Shown: one piece after another, positions 8,701 to 18,700 of the stretch
Position numbering within the stretch: the stretch's first letter is position 1
How the letters are laid out: each line of letters opens with the position of its first letter
The notes under the pieces: generated by a model
What the model was told of the DNA's origin: nothing
Database searches by the model: none
What the model saw: only the letters and a program-made list of their open reading frames with translations
Translations under genes and position numbers: made by a program
Virus record (IMG/VR): IMGVR_UViG_3300033074_001400
Coordinates: 53,226-73,225 of that record
Length of the DNA: 20,000 bases
Direction: 5' to 3' (one strand)
Origin: an uncultured virus (IMG/VR IMGVR_UViG_3300033074_001400)
Lineage: Duplodnaviria; Heunggongvirae; Uroviricota; Caudoviricetes

Positions 8701-9702
8701 TCTTGTTTCAGAACCTCTATTAGCATCTATAAAAGCATTTACTTCATCTGCATAATCATCATCTAAAGTTATAAAATCATTACTTCCTTTTTGTTTTAAA
8801 TAACTTTTTCCAATAGTAGGGTGTCCAAATATAATCTTATCATTTTTAGTTATAATAGAACTATTATTAGTTATACCTTGATTAATTAACTTATTAAGAT
8901 AATCACTTGCTTCTTTTTCAGTTTTAAAATCTAAAGGTTTACCAGTAGCATCCCTAAGCCATCCTCTATTTTTATTATATATAGTATATCCTGAAGGAAT
9001 TTTATTTACATTATATCCTGTATAATCTGTTATTGTGCCATCAATATTATCAGTTTTTGTATCTTCAGCCAACCTATCATCACTTCTAAACCAACCTATA
9101 CCATTATCTGTACTAAATTGTGCATGACCTTTAATAGAAGGAACAATAGCTGGTGTAGCTATTTCATTTTCTGTATAATTAGTACCCCCCGGTACAGTTA
9201 AATTAGCATGGTGTTGTGTAGGAACTTGCTGTTCTTTACTTGGAACACCCATCATATAGGGGTCTACATATTGAGCAGCCAACTCTTCTTCTTCAGTTAA
9301 TTTTCTTGTTGGTAAAATTTGTGTTTCTTTAGCAGTATTAATTTCAATTGTGTAGTTCATTTCAGATAAAATACTGACAATCAAATCATTAACATTGATT
9401 TGTTTTATATTATTCCTTTCTATATGGTCTTTTAATAAATCTAATTGGTTCTTAGGTGTGCCTAATTTTATCAAGTCATTATAAAATCCTTGTACCTGAT
9501 TAGAAGGATACGAGTTTCTTGTCATTTTCTGGAGTGCTCCTACTACTGTTAACGTAGCATTAATACCTGAAAATGTTTCTTGATAATTTGCAGCATCTGG
9601 AATTTCTTCACCATTTTTGATGAATTCCCTCATTGCTTCAAATACACCTATTTTACTTACTAAATCCTTCCACTGAGGAGAGTTTATATTGGGACAGGCC
9701 AT
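2782..9702 (-). CDS. Large polyvalent virion cargo/ejection protein (2306 aa), positional equivalent of the large gene following the crAss-like virion RNAP
   Basis: MACPN N-terminus. ILEVQSD/KKGYEKVLF GNAT-like domain with a nested GHPTIGKS P-loop. EEAMH zincin-like motif. PD-(D/E)xK nuclease motifs. Long helical C-terminal region ending with hydrophobic AALLATFMTMFIYA followed by DDDDSDE. Starts 15 nt after the RNAP gene stop. Confidence 0.8.
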   Translation of the reverse strand: MACPNINSPQWKDLVSKIGVFEAMREFIKNGEEIPDAANYQETFSGINATLTVVGALQKMTRNSYPSNQVQGFYNDLIKLGTPKNQLDLLKDHIERNNIKQINVNDLIVSILSEMNYTIEINTAKETQILPTRKLTEEEELAAQYVDPYMMGVPSKEQQVPTQHHANLTVPGGTNYTENEIATPAIVPSIKGHAQFSTDNGIGWFRSDDRLAEDTKTDNIDGTITDYTGYNVNKIPSGYTIYNKNRGWLRDATGKPLDFKTEKEASDYLNKLINQGITNNSSIITKNDKIIFGHPTIGKSYLKQKGSNDFITLDDDYADEVNAFIDANRGSETRQEYKGRKPKEYNEFMLNLFDRLKLQAKKEGKRLFVSNTNILKERMSEFDKVITIPKDEFKKRFDARGATYGFEDWKSDIDTTIAKVDKSKVISTTGYLSDLLEGNPKTRRILEVQSDLFQKGRDREDLSKDAWIAGTKDGYSVWEKGKGKISKDFTTEDEARTFLKNSSLNSENQFLQLLNKDNNWVTFFVKSIIQDSAKKGYEKVLFPSGNTAAKVEGHSTLETLKEITQDRIKELKNNLERTKDDEWIKGVIEYEYENNEYDPETGPVRSSVEHIRKTLVNRYTYELKEKERELDDIINGRTKLGVIHSFYENTITNILKKKGYNPTQITDEYGNTWNEVEINELANNTILFQKQGIKQSKASAKTIAKVKEFLKRIGVDIQALDTERYGGINGVANFLEGFIQLAEGKEDVAITEEAMHFLVEILELTNPTLFKQMMNKIGKYNVFSKVMKLYSQDSKYQTDGKPDILKLKKEAIGKLLAEYYIQSEDGQSEAPDLMIQTKSWWEQIIDAIKKFLKIADFNPFQEALDSFNDLNNTNSPTKILAKRILDSLSDDNMFKKAIKDTYDNGDYKAVVTTFYQQLTDKSVFGMSPYESTVKMLGGNEELAKEIISLGNPFYQLSEENRKKQKEISDKLDQKIKDFEIRKVTGKAEFEEQDDINYYECKKDGKIGKVAKRVTDFVKETKRPDVLAKFENASAKEKNTYKQKAEHGTAFHNDAESIIKASLTSDGYLKPIDQINVDAITPNLPQAGFLALKNYLVGEIDNEGNIIPGILYTQFPTGTLFKVEQIIYDEKRDVAGTIDLMGITPEGKIMIYDWKTKFLDTKKFDDVPFYSQADYRIQLAQYKAMMYRYGLKPKEDVIVAQAIPIIYKGKIDSLNGDVTLTDIIFPEIDIKQETRRYLLPVPIAEQSSGNTKVDQYIDALNQLYQVLYKQKDVNKELKNEQLNAISGAIRELQVKQEFGPLAEQGLIFLKSAERVIEDINTQLKNEDGTYKEIDPKQVDEYSKKLKLINDNIHKYQSTYQLFDELYGDKNLTEYQQETYNKLERLSLDSGKIASKINTEYINFVKQYYTSKEGLDILKTEKPIQGLLDRSIQSLSRMQNVALQYLRSVTARANFQKQRDAIKRQEELRKLLDAFKKTAQARGLSPTKYFTLLVGKNKKGDPMNQLIKKIKTEFYTEFEKATKDDPDINWIKQNIDLDKYIEDKQKVVQEMFDQVDASTYSSNSKEDAKRKAEKKEDIIKMYSFDTPNALGWYRQDLRYYIKDEAKWETGEYKQMSKDKSILDLYDFIIKLNKEAKDMGYHDDKTSLRFLPWMRASMLDRIRTSGLSAIGDSMEYLYKLTPEEEISYSKVDPNTGTIEKSIPAFFTKNFAPEIRDADGNIEGYDLSDVSTDLGETLPMYIEALYEFKSLSDIEQSVKAVRDVEAAKKAFLLDEKGRIVKEKGTNINKLANDNEANVKLYDSFVEAILYKRTYDSTANLSTGATKTIEKMNQYFRLKVFGLNIFTPITTFIGGNLQALINSRKLWRGQQFLKNEMKIVGNLFKGEEGNIEKGLIDYFIPFTENRAKLNAERMSFEKIQRFSFSDFIMAPIRKTDIMVQMATSLTMLENTVLIDGELVNAREYILNSKEYRDRYKDSSQLKSLEKDFEKKVKELVDSKGVMKFAKFNKDGLLEIEGVSRDSDTVNRLRLRMLDEIKNLTGNLTEEDKRDADRNILLKSIMMFKNWIPRLAAVRFGDLQKNIDANQYEMGRVRMVYQVIKNGDGGWIKGLSHGIRDLRNMVAGNEEGLKALAKYYERTAESYKNKTGNDLEMTPEEFYDMTRRAIEQTAKDAALLATFMTMFIYAKSVPPDDDDSDENKNFYRVSVRMMDKLTDEISFYYNPLSLQQISTGSWMPSIGILTDGIKFSGSLIKEVGGRTFGVEKWEETAHPTKNFLNMFPIANQFSKVFVPLIDPDVAKDLDIHVSTESRRN
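6090..6680 (-). other. PD-(D/E)xK (RecB-like) nuclease domain within the 2306 aa protein
   Basis: Motifs in the expected order: HGTAFH, VEQIIYD, AGTIDL (GTID at 6289-6300), IYDWKT (DWK at 6241-6249) and YRIQLAQY. Boundaries are approximate. Confidence 0.85.
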
Positions 9703-9717
9703 AATTATTTTATTGTT

Positions 9718-12700
9718 TTATCCTAAACAGTCGTTTATTTTATCCTGAGTTGATTTATTATCAGAAGTCTTTGTCTTTTTATCCTGTAAAGATACAGATT
9801 TTCCACGTAATGCTGTATAAATAGCTGTATCATTTACAACTGTTTCATCCACTTTGAATGTATTGTTTTCAATTTGTGAAGAACGTTCAGCATCATAATA
9901 CTCTTGTGCATACATACCGTCTCCCCAAGCATTAATTGCTTTATACAGATAACTTACGCTTTGTACCTCTTCATCTTTCTTATTTTTGTAATTTTCTGTA
10001 ATTGTAAGAGGTTTTCCCGTTTCATCCTTGACAAGTTCATACAGATATGTTTTTGTTAAAATAGGATTGTTTTTCTCAAACGCATCCTTTTTATTTATCA
10101 TATATGTAAGATCAGGTACAAAAACCATTCTACCCATTGAGTTAAGTGGTTGATACTTAGCGTATTCTCCTAAGAACATTGTTGATTTCATTATTGCTCC
10201 TTTTGGGAACTTAGAAAGCTGTTTAGGAAGAATAAAAGGAATAGCCCACACTCTACCCATATCTGATATACCCTTTCTTTTTTCGCTGATCATCAATGGT
10301 TTAGCTACATCTGAATTGCTCCAGTTGTTTCTAGCAAATGATTTAGATGTGAGGAATTTATCCAGATCAGTGTATGTAGACAGATTATTCACAAGACTAG
10401 ATAATGCTTTTGCATAGTCTTCAGAAGGTATTAAATGTGAGTATGAGATAGGAGAATACTGCACACCAGATTGTAAAAGAGCTGCTCTCACCAGTTTTTT
10501 ATATAATTCCTGAGTGTATGCATTTTCTTTTAAAATTCTAAAATTGTCAATATCAGTATCTCTGTCATATTTATCATTTCCACTTTTCTTAAAGATAATT
10601 GCTTTCACACTATTAGCATCATTACCTCTTCTTTCAATGGAGAATTGCTTCAGAATTGAATGTAAAACAGAATCTTTTTTAGTGGCAATTTGTAAATCTT
10701 CAAGCAGGGAAGCTGCTCCATTTTGCTCATCCAAAAGAACTTGCTCAATCTGAGTTCTATTATATCCACCTTTTACCTGTAAGATATAGTTTAAGAAGGA
10801 GTTATTTATACGTTTAGCAATAGCACTATATACATCAGGCTTAGGGAAGAAGCTCATACTAATGAATTTACGCTTTAATGTATCCAGCACTTCACGTACA
10901 TTAGGATGTTCTATGGCTATAAAACCACCTATTGCATCCCTAGAATCCATCAATTTTTGGCGTGTATTTCCAATAAATACATTCTTCAATATCTCTGAAG
11001 CAGGAGTAAATAATGTATTATTTGCCTTATCATATTTAACATCCTTCAGAAGGAATTGTTCAGGATCAGACATATGGGCTGTATCCCAATTTATACCCTG
11101 CATAAGGGTAAATAAATCAGATGCCATCTCCTGATATTTCAGGAATTCATTAAATATTTTAGATTGCTCTTCTACGAAATCTTTAGATAAATTATTAAAA
11201 TCCCTATTTTTTACTTTATATTCTTTAATATTATCCAGTAATTGATTAGCTGTAGGAAGCGTGTCTTTTCCTGTATATTTAACATTACCCCAGATAGAAT
11301 AAATTTGTTTTATTGTTTTTTCGTTTCTAATTGGGTTTATCTTATTTGCATCAAGGAATTTTAAATATTGCCTGATAATAGGCTGATTCATGAAAAACGT
11401 AGTATGTTCAGTGTTATTACCAAGCCTATCCATAAATAAGAACGTACCTGCTGTACGAGTGGTAACACCCATCTCAATGATAAATGTATTCTTTACAACG
11501 TCCACAAATCCGTTAATATACTCAGAAATAATATCTGAAATATACTTCTTACCATCTGCGGTTTTAGACATTGATATAGTGGGTTTTCCATTAATTTTAT
11601 TATGAGGAAAACGTATAACGCCATCACCTATTAATTCTGTTCTTAATGGATCAATATCATTAAGAAGATTTACTCTGCTTGAATCAATCACCACCTGAGT
11701 ACGTTGCATAATTGAGTTGCTCTTTTGAGCAGCAGCAGCAATACCAACACCATCCTTACCTGTAACCAGATTATGCCTGATTTCATCAAGAGTGTAAGGA
11801 GAGATAATAGGAAGATAGTTCAATGCAAGTTTTTCACCTGTATTGATGTTGTTTTGTTTAATTTCATCCTCAGTGAATAATGCCTTATTAAGGTTATTCT
11901 TAATTTCTTCAAGATTTTTTGTAGTGTTGATTTGTATTAACCTTTCAAAGTTTTCAGGAAGCTGAACAAGCCTTTCGAGAGATTCGTAGTATGCGTTCTC
12001 AAGAGATTTTCTTGTATATTTTTTAATGTACATTTCTTTAGCCAGTTCATTAAATAACTTAGCATTCAGTTTTCCTTTTTTACGGGAAAGCTTATCTATC
12101 TGATTTTGAATATATTGTGAAGGATTTAATTGTTCTTCAGCAGCTTGATCTATAATTTCATTAAGAAGAGTCATATGCACATCATAGAATTCTTTCAGGT
12201 CTTCAGTGAGTGCTTTTTTGATTTTATCTAATGTAATATCACCCTTGATATTTTCTATTGCGTTGAATACAGCTAAAAGAGTTTCACGGAAATCATCATA
12301 TTTTTCAATTTTGTCAATCTCTTTTTGAATACTGTTTTCATATTCACTTCCAAAATGATCAGCGGCTTCTTCCTGAGAATTAAATGATGCCACTTTAGAT
12401 ATTTTACCTGTTTTGGTAATTACAACATTTTTAAGATATGCATTAAGTTTATCAATGTCAAAGTCACTACCTGCTTTTGTGGTGATTTCTGAAGGTACAA
12501 TAATAGTGTTACCCATCACTTTAGGAAGAAAACTCTTAATTTTAAATACCTCTACAGAGTTCATTTCCTGAGTGGGGATACGGAAACCTATACCATTTAA
12601 TATATCAGCATCATTCAATAATTTAAGCAACTCTTCTTCTGAAGGAATTGGTTTTTTATTATTTATATAAAATTTCTCAAGCTGATCTCTAAACCATGCA

Positions 12701-15700
12701 GGTAAACTTACCTCAATCCAAGATTCTTCTTTAGTGTAGAATTTATAAGTGGAATTACCAACAAGGGTAGTTCTTGCTTCATTTTCTGTAAATGTAGATG
12801 GCATCTGCACTAAACCAATACCTGATGTTTTAGGGGATGCTATGTTTTTATCTACAATAGAATAAAGAATTGCTTTCAACTGAGTGTATGTAGGAATAGC
12901 CTCAAGAGGTACTGCTAATGAATTTAATACATCGTCCACTTTAAGAGCAGCTTTTGTATTATCATCCATGTCACGAGCCTGTTCTTTAAGGAAATCTACA
13001 ACTCGTTGATAATCAACTATTTCATAATTTCCATCTTCATCTTCTTCTATTCCTAATTTATCGAGAAGTTCTACATATCCATTATTTGTAAGTTCTACAA
13101 GAATCTGATTATTTGTAACTACCTCTCTGTATATTTCAGATTTTGCCATTCTTTCTTCTTCAGAAAGTTTGCTCCATTCTGTAGCTGTAAATCCTTGAGG
13201 TACGCCGCCAGATAACAAGTTAAGTGTAGCGAGTGTTGTAAGCTGACTACCTAATGTCAGTTTATTCTTACCTTGAGAGAATTGGGTTTCCACCTGAATA
13301 CCTAAATCTTTCCAAGAAGGATAGAGTATTGCATCAGGGTTGTATTTATTTTCGTTAAATTTACCATCTACATATGCTGGTTCAGTGCTACGTACCCCTA
13401 CTTTTACTGCTGATTCAAAAGCTGCAATTTTTATACCTTCATTCATCATTTTCAGAAGAAGGAGTTCATCGTTTGTGTCTTTTGCTACAGTGGGGATAAT
13501 AGGTTGAGCTGATGTTTTCAGGAACACTATATCTTTATATGGAGATGCTGTATTCTGACCCCATCCTTTAGGTTTGATAATTTCAAAAATACCTTCTTGA
13601 GGCTGACCTTGTTTTAAAAGGTTAACGTCATGTTCTTTTAATTCTTTTGAAGAATAGTCATATTTTCCCTGTTTTGACATTCTATCTCTGAAGAATGCCA
13701 TTTGATATTGATATTGTTTTTCCTGTTCATCGGTCCATTCTGCTGATCTCATTTTCAATTCTCTATATGCAGAAAGGTTCATTTTTGAGCCACCATCCAC
13801 CTCATTTGTGTTCTTATAATCACTACCTTCTACCCTACCTTCTACGATAACGTCTTGATATATTACAATAGAAACATCATCTGAGAAAGGAGTATATCCT
13901 AAATCAGTAGGTTCTAATTGTATTGAGCTAGAATTAACATCAGTTCTATTTGCTAATGTTGAAAAATGCGTATTAAATTCATGTGATCCGTAGGTAGTCT
14001 GATTTATACCACCCATTGCTCCGGGAATACGTTTTGCAGGATCGGACATAAATGCAGGATCACCAATAACAAGTTTATGCATTTCTATATTGTTAATCAC
14101 CTGATTAACAGTTCTATAGAGAATTACATTATCAACTTGCTCTTCGCTGAATTTATTTACACCTTGATCGTTGATGTTATCCATTACGAATTTCTCATCA
14201 ATTCCATCAAATATATAATTTCCATTATCATCTGCTGATAATATATTATATATTTGGAATTCTGTACGTGTTCTACTGGCTTCTTTTTCTAGGAATTTAC
14301 GTATTGCGCTATTGATGTTTTTCTCATTTTCTTCAATAAATTCATCAATATCCCCGAGATTATCTATTACAACTTTTGCTTTTTTTGTAATATTTTCAGG
14401 AAGAATATTAAGGAAAAACCTAAGATTTCCACGCCTTTTTTGTTTATCCAGAACAGATAGTGTATTAGCATCATCTACTTGCGCTACTTCCATTTCTGTT
14501 TTCAGATAGTTATGGAATGTAGAATATATTGAATCCCAATGTGTTCCAGCAACTACTTGATTGAAGGATATATGATTACCTAAAGATAATACCCATTCTG
14601 TTTTCTTATCACCATTGGTAATAGGAACAAACCAACCTTGTAAATTAAGATTGAAAGAAAGGAGTCTTCTTTGAATAAGGGATAATTTAGAAGATTGTTT
14701 AGAGTTTCTTGGAGTTTTTATACCGTCAATATATCCCACTTCAATCTTCTCATCTGTACGATCACCATCTTCGTTAAAGAATTTACCACCTCTTTGTAAT
14801 ATCACTGAATTTTTAGAAAATCCATCGGTAAGTCCTTGCTCCTCTTTTTGTAGATCGTCAAGGGAGGAAACAGAATTAAAATTATTAAAGAAAGTAGACA
14901 GAGGGTTATTCAACACCACTGACTGTACTGGTTTTCTCAGTACGTTTAAGAAGGTGTTAGAACCGTCATCTTTTGTTGCGGAAATGATAGCAATACTTAT
15001 TTCATTCAGAGGAGTTTCAATCTGTAATGCCTTATTTGATGTATCAAATAAAGGGTCTTGTTTTTTTAATTGAGTATACACCCTAGATAAAGCACTTTTG
15101 AATTTTGCTTTTTGAAATAAAGGCATAGCTTTTAACATAGCCAGCGATAATAATTCACCGTCTACAGTTTTAATACCTATAGAATTTGCAAAATCTATAT
15201 ATGCTTTGTCATTGGTTGGTGTTGGGTTCTTTTTAAAGAATTCAGGATTGACAACAAATGTCTTTTTCTTTTTATCAAAAGAGAACAACTCTTTGTTATT
15301 TTTTACATTCTTTACAAAATTCCTCTTAATTTGTTCAATTCCTGAATATTTATTACCGGGAATAAGCTTGGCTGTATTACCTTTCATATCATATATGAGG
15401 GCAGTAGGGGATTGTTTACTCATGGTTTTTACAAAATCCAAGAGTATTCTCCATTCATTATATGATAATGAATTGTAATTTATTTTACCTGTTGTTCTAT
15501 TTATATTTAATTTATTAGGACTTAAAAGGTCTACAATAGGAGCATTTGTTTTAGCATGGTTGACAAGCTTTTTAATAAGATTTTCCATCTTATTAGTATT
15601 AACTAATGCGTTTGCTACTTGATTGAATACTCTTGCATATTGCACAAATTTGAATCCATTAAGTGATGATCTTTCAAATTCTATAGCTGGAATTACGGAC

Positions 15701-18700
15701 ACATCATCTTTAGACTGACGAATAAATTTAGCATCCCTAAGTGTAGCAAATAATAACCTTATTCCGGCAGAAGCGTTTTTCTTACCAGAAATTGTAAATA
15801 TATCCCTATCATATTCTAATTGAGATTTATTCTCCTGTTCAAATTCAGGTTCATCATCATCTTGAATACCATCATTATCATCTTCAAATTCAGCCTGTTT
15901 TGCTTCTTTCACCTTTTCAGGAAGATTATCAGAGGCTTGTTCATGACTGCTTGTAAGACCAAATGTTTTTAAATATTCTTTATTTAATTTGACAACATCT
16001 TCCCAATTATCATTTACATTATCTAAAATAGTAAGATAATTAAGAGCAAGTTCTTCTTCACCTTTCCCAAGTGAAATATTTGCTAATGACATTAATCTAT
16101 TAAGTAGCATTGGTTTAATAGCATCATAATAAGCATCAAGGGGTATTTCCTTATTATCTGATAAATTAGCTAAAGATAATGTAGCATTAGCACCAAAGAA
16201 ATTATTTAAAATCTTTGATGTAATATCTTCCATCAGTTCTTTTGTAAGCTGATGTGATAAATCCGCCACCCTACTATATTCATCCCCCACCACTGATTCC
16301 AAATTAACTGGTTTTGTAGCATATTGACCACTATTTATATTCTTAAATAATTGATCTATATTGTTTTGTGGAGAAATAAGTTTTTCAAAAAGTTCTTTTA
16401 AAGCCCTGAATATTCTGATTATCCAAGGTTGACCTTTTATTTTTTCAGAAATAGCACCATTTGTTTGCACGTATTCTGCAAATTCATCTGCCAGTTTTTC
16501 CTTTAATTGTGTATCTGTAGCTGATTTATATTCCGTATTTTGACCAGTAATAACATCATAGAATGAGCCTTTCCTACGTCTCATTTCAGATGTTATTTTC
16601 TGTTTATCTTCAACAGGTATAAACATTTTCCATACTGCTTCAAATGCTTCGTGGTATCCTGTACCCTCTTTTGCTTTTTCATACATTGTAACACCCACAC
16701 TTGAAAACTTACCCCAAGCAAAACCACCATCTGTAGTTTTAAGGATATGCTCTACAATATTGAGAGGTACATTCGGAAGATTTTTAGCAAACCACGCTTT
16801 TACAGCAGTAATATCTTCTTTTTTTACATTATCTATACTCTTTTCTACAATTCTTCTATATTCTTCATCATTGGAAATATCCCCTGTAATACCTTGATCT
16901 TTAAATTTATTAAGAAGATCGTCAATTTTTATACTAGCTTTTACATTATCTGTAGGTTTTAATCCTTTAGACATTACTGGTGTAGCAACAGAAGCTTTGG
17001 GTTGTTCTTTGATGGATTGTTCTACAACCTTTCCGTTAGCATAAACTAATACATATTGACCTTCCCCAATATGCTTATACACTTTTACTTTTTCACCGCT
17101 TAATTCTTTTAAATGATTACCATTTTCATCAGTTGGGAACATTGTCGTTCCCTTGCCATGCCTTCCGGCTTTTGATGGTTGTATGCTTGCATCTTCTGTG
17201 ACTATTATATAGTTGTTTGGGTTTTCAGCCGCATACTCCATAGACGCTTTCCCTTTGCTGAAAGACGGGAATAGGGTTGGGCGATTTTTTAGTTTGTCTG
17301 ATAAACTTTCCCCTCCCTTGTTTCCTGCGTTAGTTCTAACCGTTCCACTTTCTACTATATCATTAAACGCTTCATCCCCTACTATAACCCTATATGATTC
17401 ATTCTCATTTGCAAAATCATTAACACTCCTAACCTCTCCCCCTACACCAACACTACCTGCTTCTACTTTTGGCTGTCCCGGTAATTCATATCCTTCCGGC
17501 TTCCCAACCTCTTTCAGTTGATCTATTTTGGCTAATGCCTCTTTATGCTTTTGACGTATTTCTTGCTCAACCTCATTGTGGTACTCCCTGTCACCTTCTG
17601 TTGGATTTTCTATTGAACTTAATTCATCCCTGTTTTGTTGGAGTTGCTTTTCAAGGCTTAATTCAACCCCTTTGCGTACATCTTCTGTACCCCAAACACT
17701 TACCGCACGTTCAAGTAAATTACCCCCGTCAATAGCCATTACGTTACCATCTGTACCCGCTATTGGGGCTACATTATTTAATGCTTGGTCTGCAATCTCT
17801 AAAAGCCTTGCTTCTTCTACCGACTTTTCATCAACTTCATCAACTTTTTCTTCTTTGGGAAGTCCTTTAACTTCTTCCCCTAAGAATATCTTTCTTTTTA
17901 TTTGTTCTGCCTCTTTTATTTTTTCTTCAAGTGGTTCCCGCTGAACATTATCGGGCTGTTGTGCTGCCCGTTCACCGTATATTTGCTCTACTGTTGATTG
18001 AAAAGCGTACTCTAACTGTCTATCTGTCGAAATGAGTTCACCTTTAGAATCCCTACGTGGCGCATTATCAATATTACTTTTGTGACGTTGGATAATCCCA
18101 CTTGCTAAGTCGTAGTCGCTTTGTGACATTAACCCGTCCAATACGGCTTTATCCATAGCCTCTTTGTATGAATCAAAGTTGATTGCTATTGTATGTAACC
18201 CCTCCTTTGATAATTTACGCTGTGCTTTATTAACCCCACCGCCACCAAGTATTGCTGGAATAACTGTGGCTAAAGCCGTTTCTTTAGTTGTGTTTATCAA
18301 CTCCTTTGCTAAATCCCTATCTTCAACTGTTTTTGGTGAAAATATACCCTCTACTAAAAAGTTTTCTACTTGCTGTAAATCTTCTTGGGCTATCTGACCA
18401 ACCATTATCCCGCCCGCCTCTGAAACAAACTTTTTAACTACCTTACCTGCTGCCAATTTACCACCATTCCCTTCAATTACTTTCGTAAGGTCTTTTACAA
18501 AATCAATCTTTTTACTTTTAAGTAGTTCCGCTGCTTTATCAGCTATTTTTACATCGGGGGAGATAAATGTTTCAAGTGCCGCAGTACCAAGCCCATCAAT
18601 AGTAGCCATTAATGCGGCCTTATCCGGGTTCCCTGTTTTATTCAAAAAATCAATATAACTATTACCGTATGTTTGTAAATATGTAGAAGCAAATGTACCA

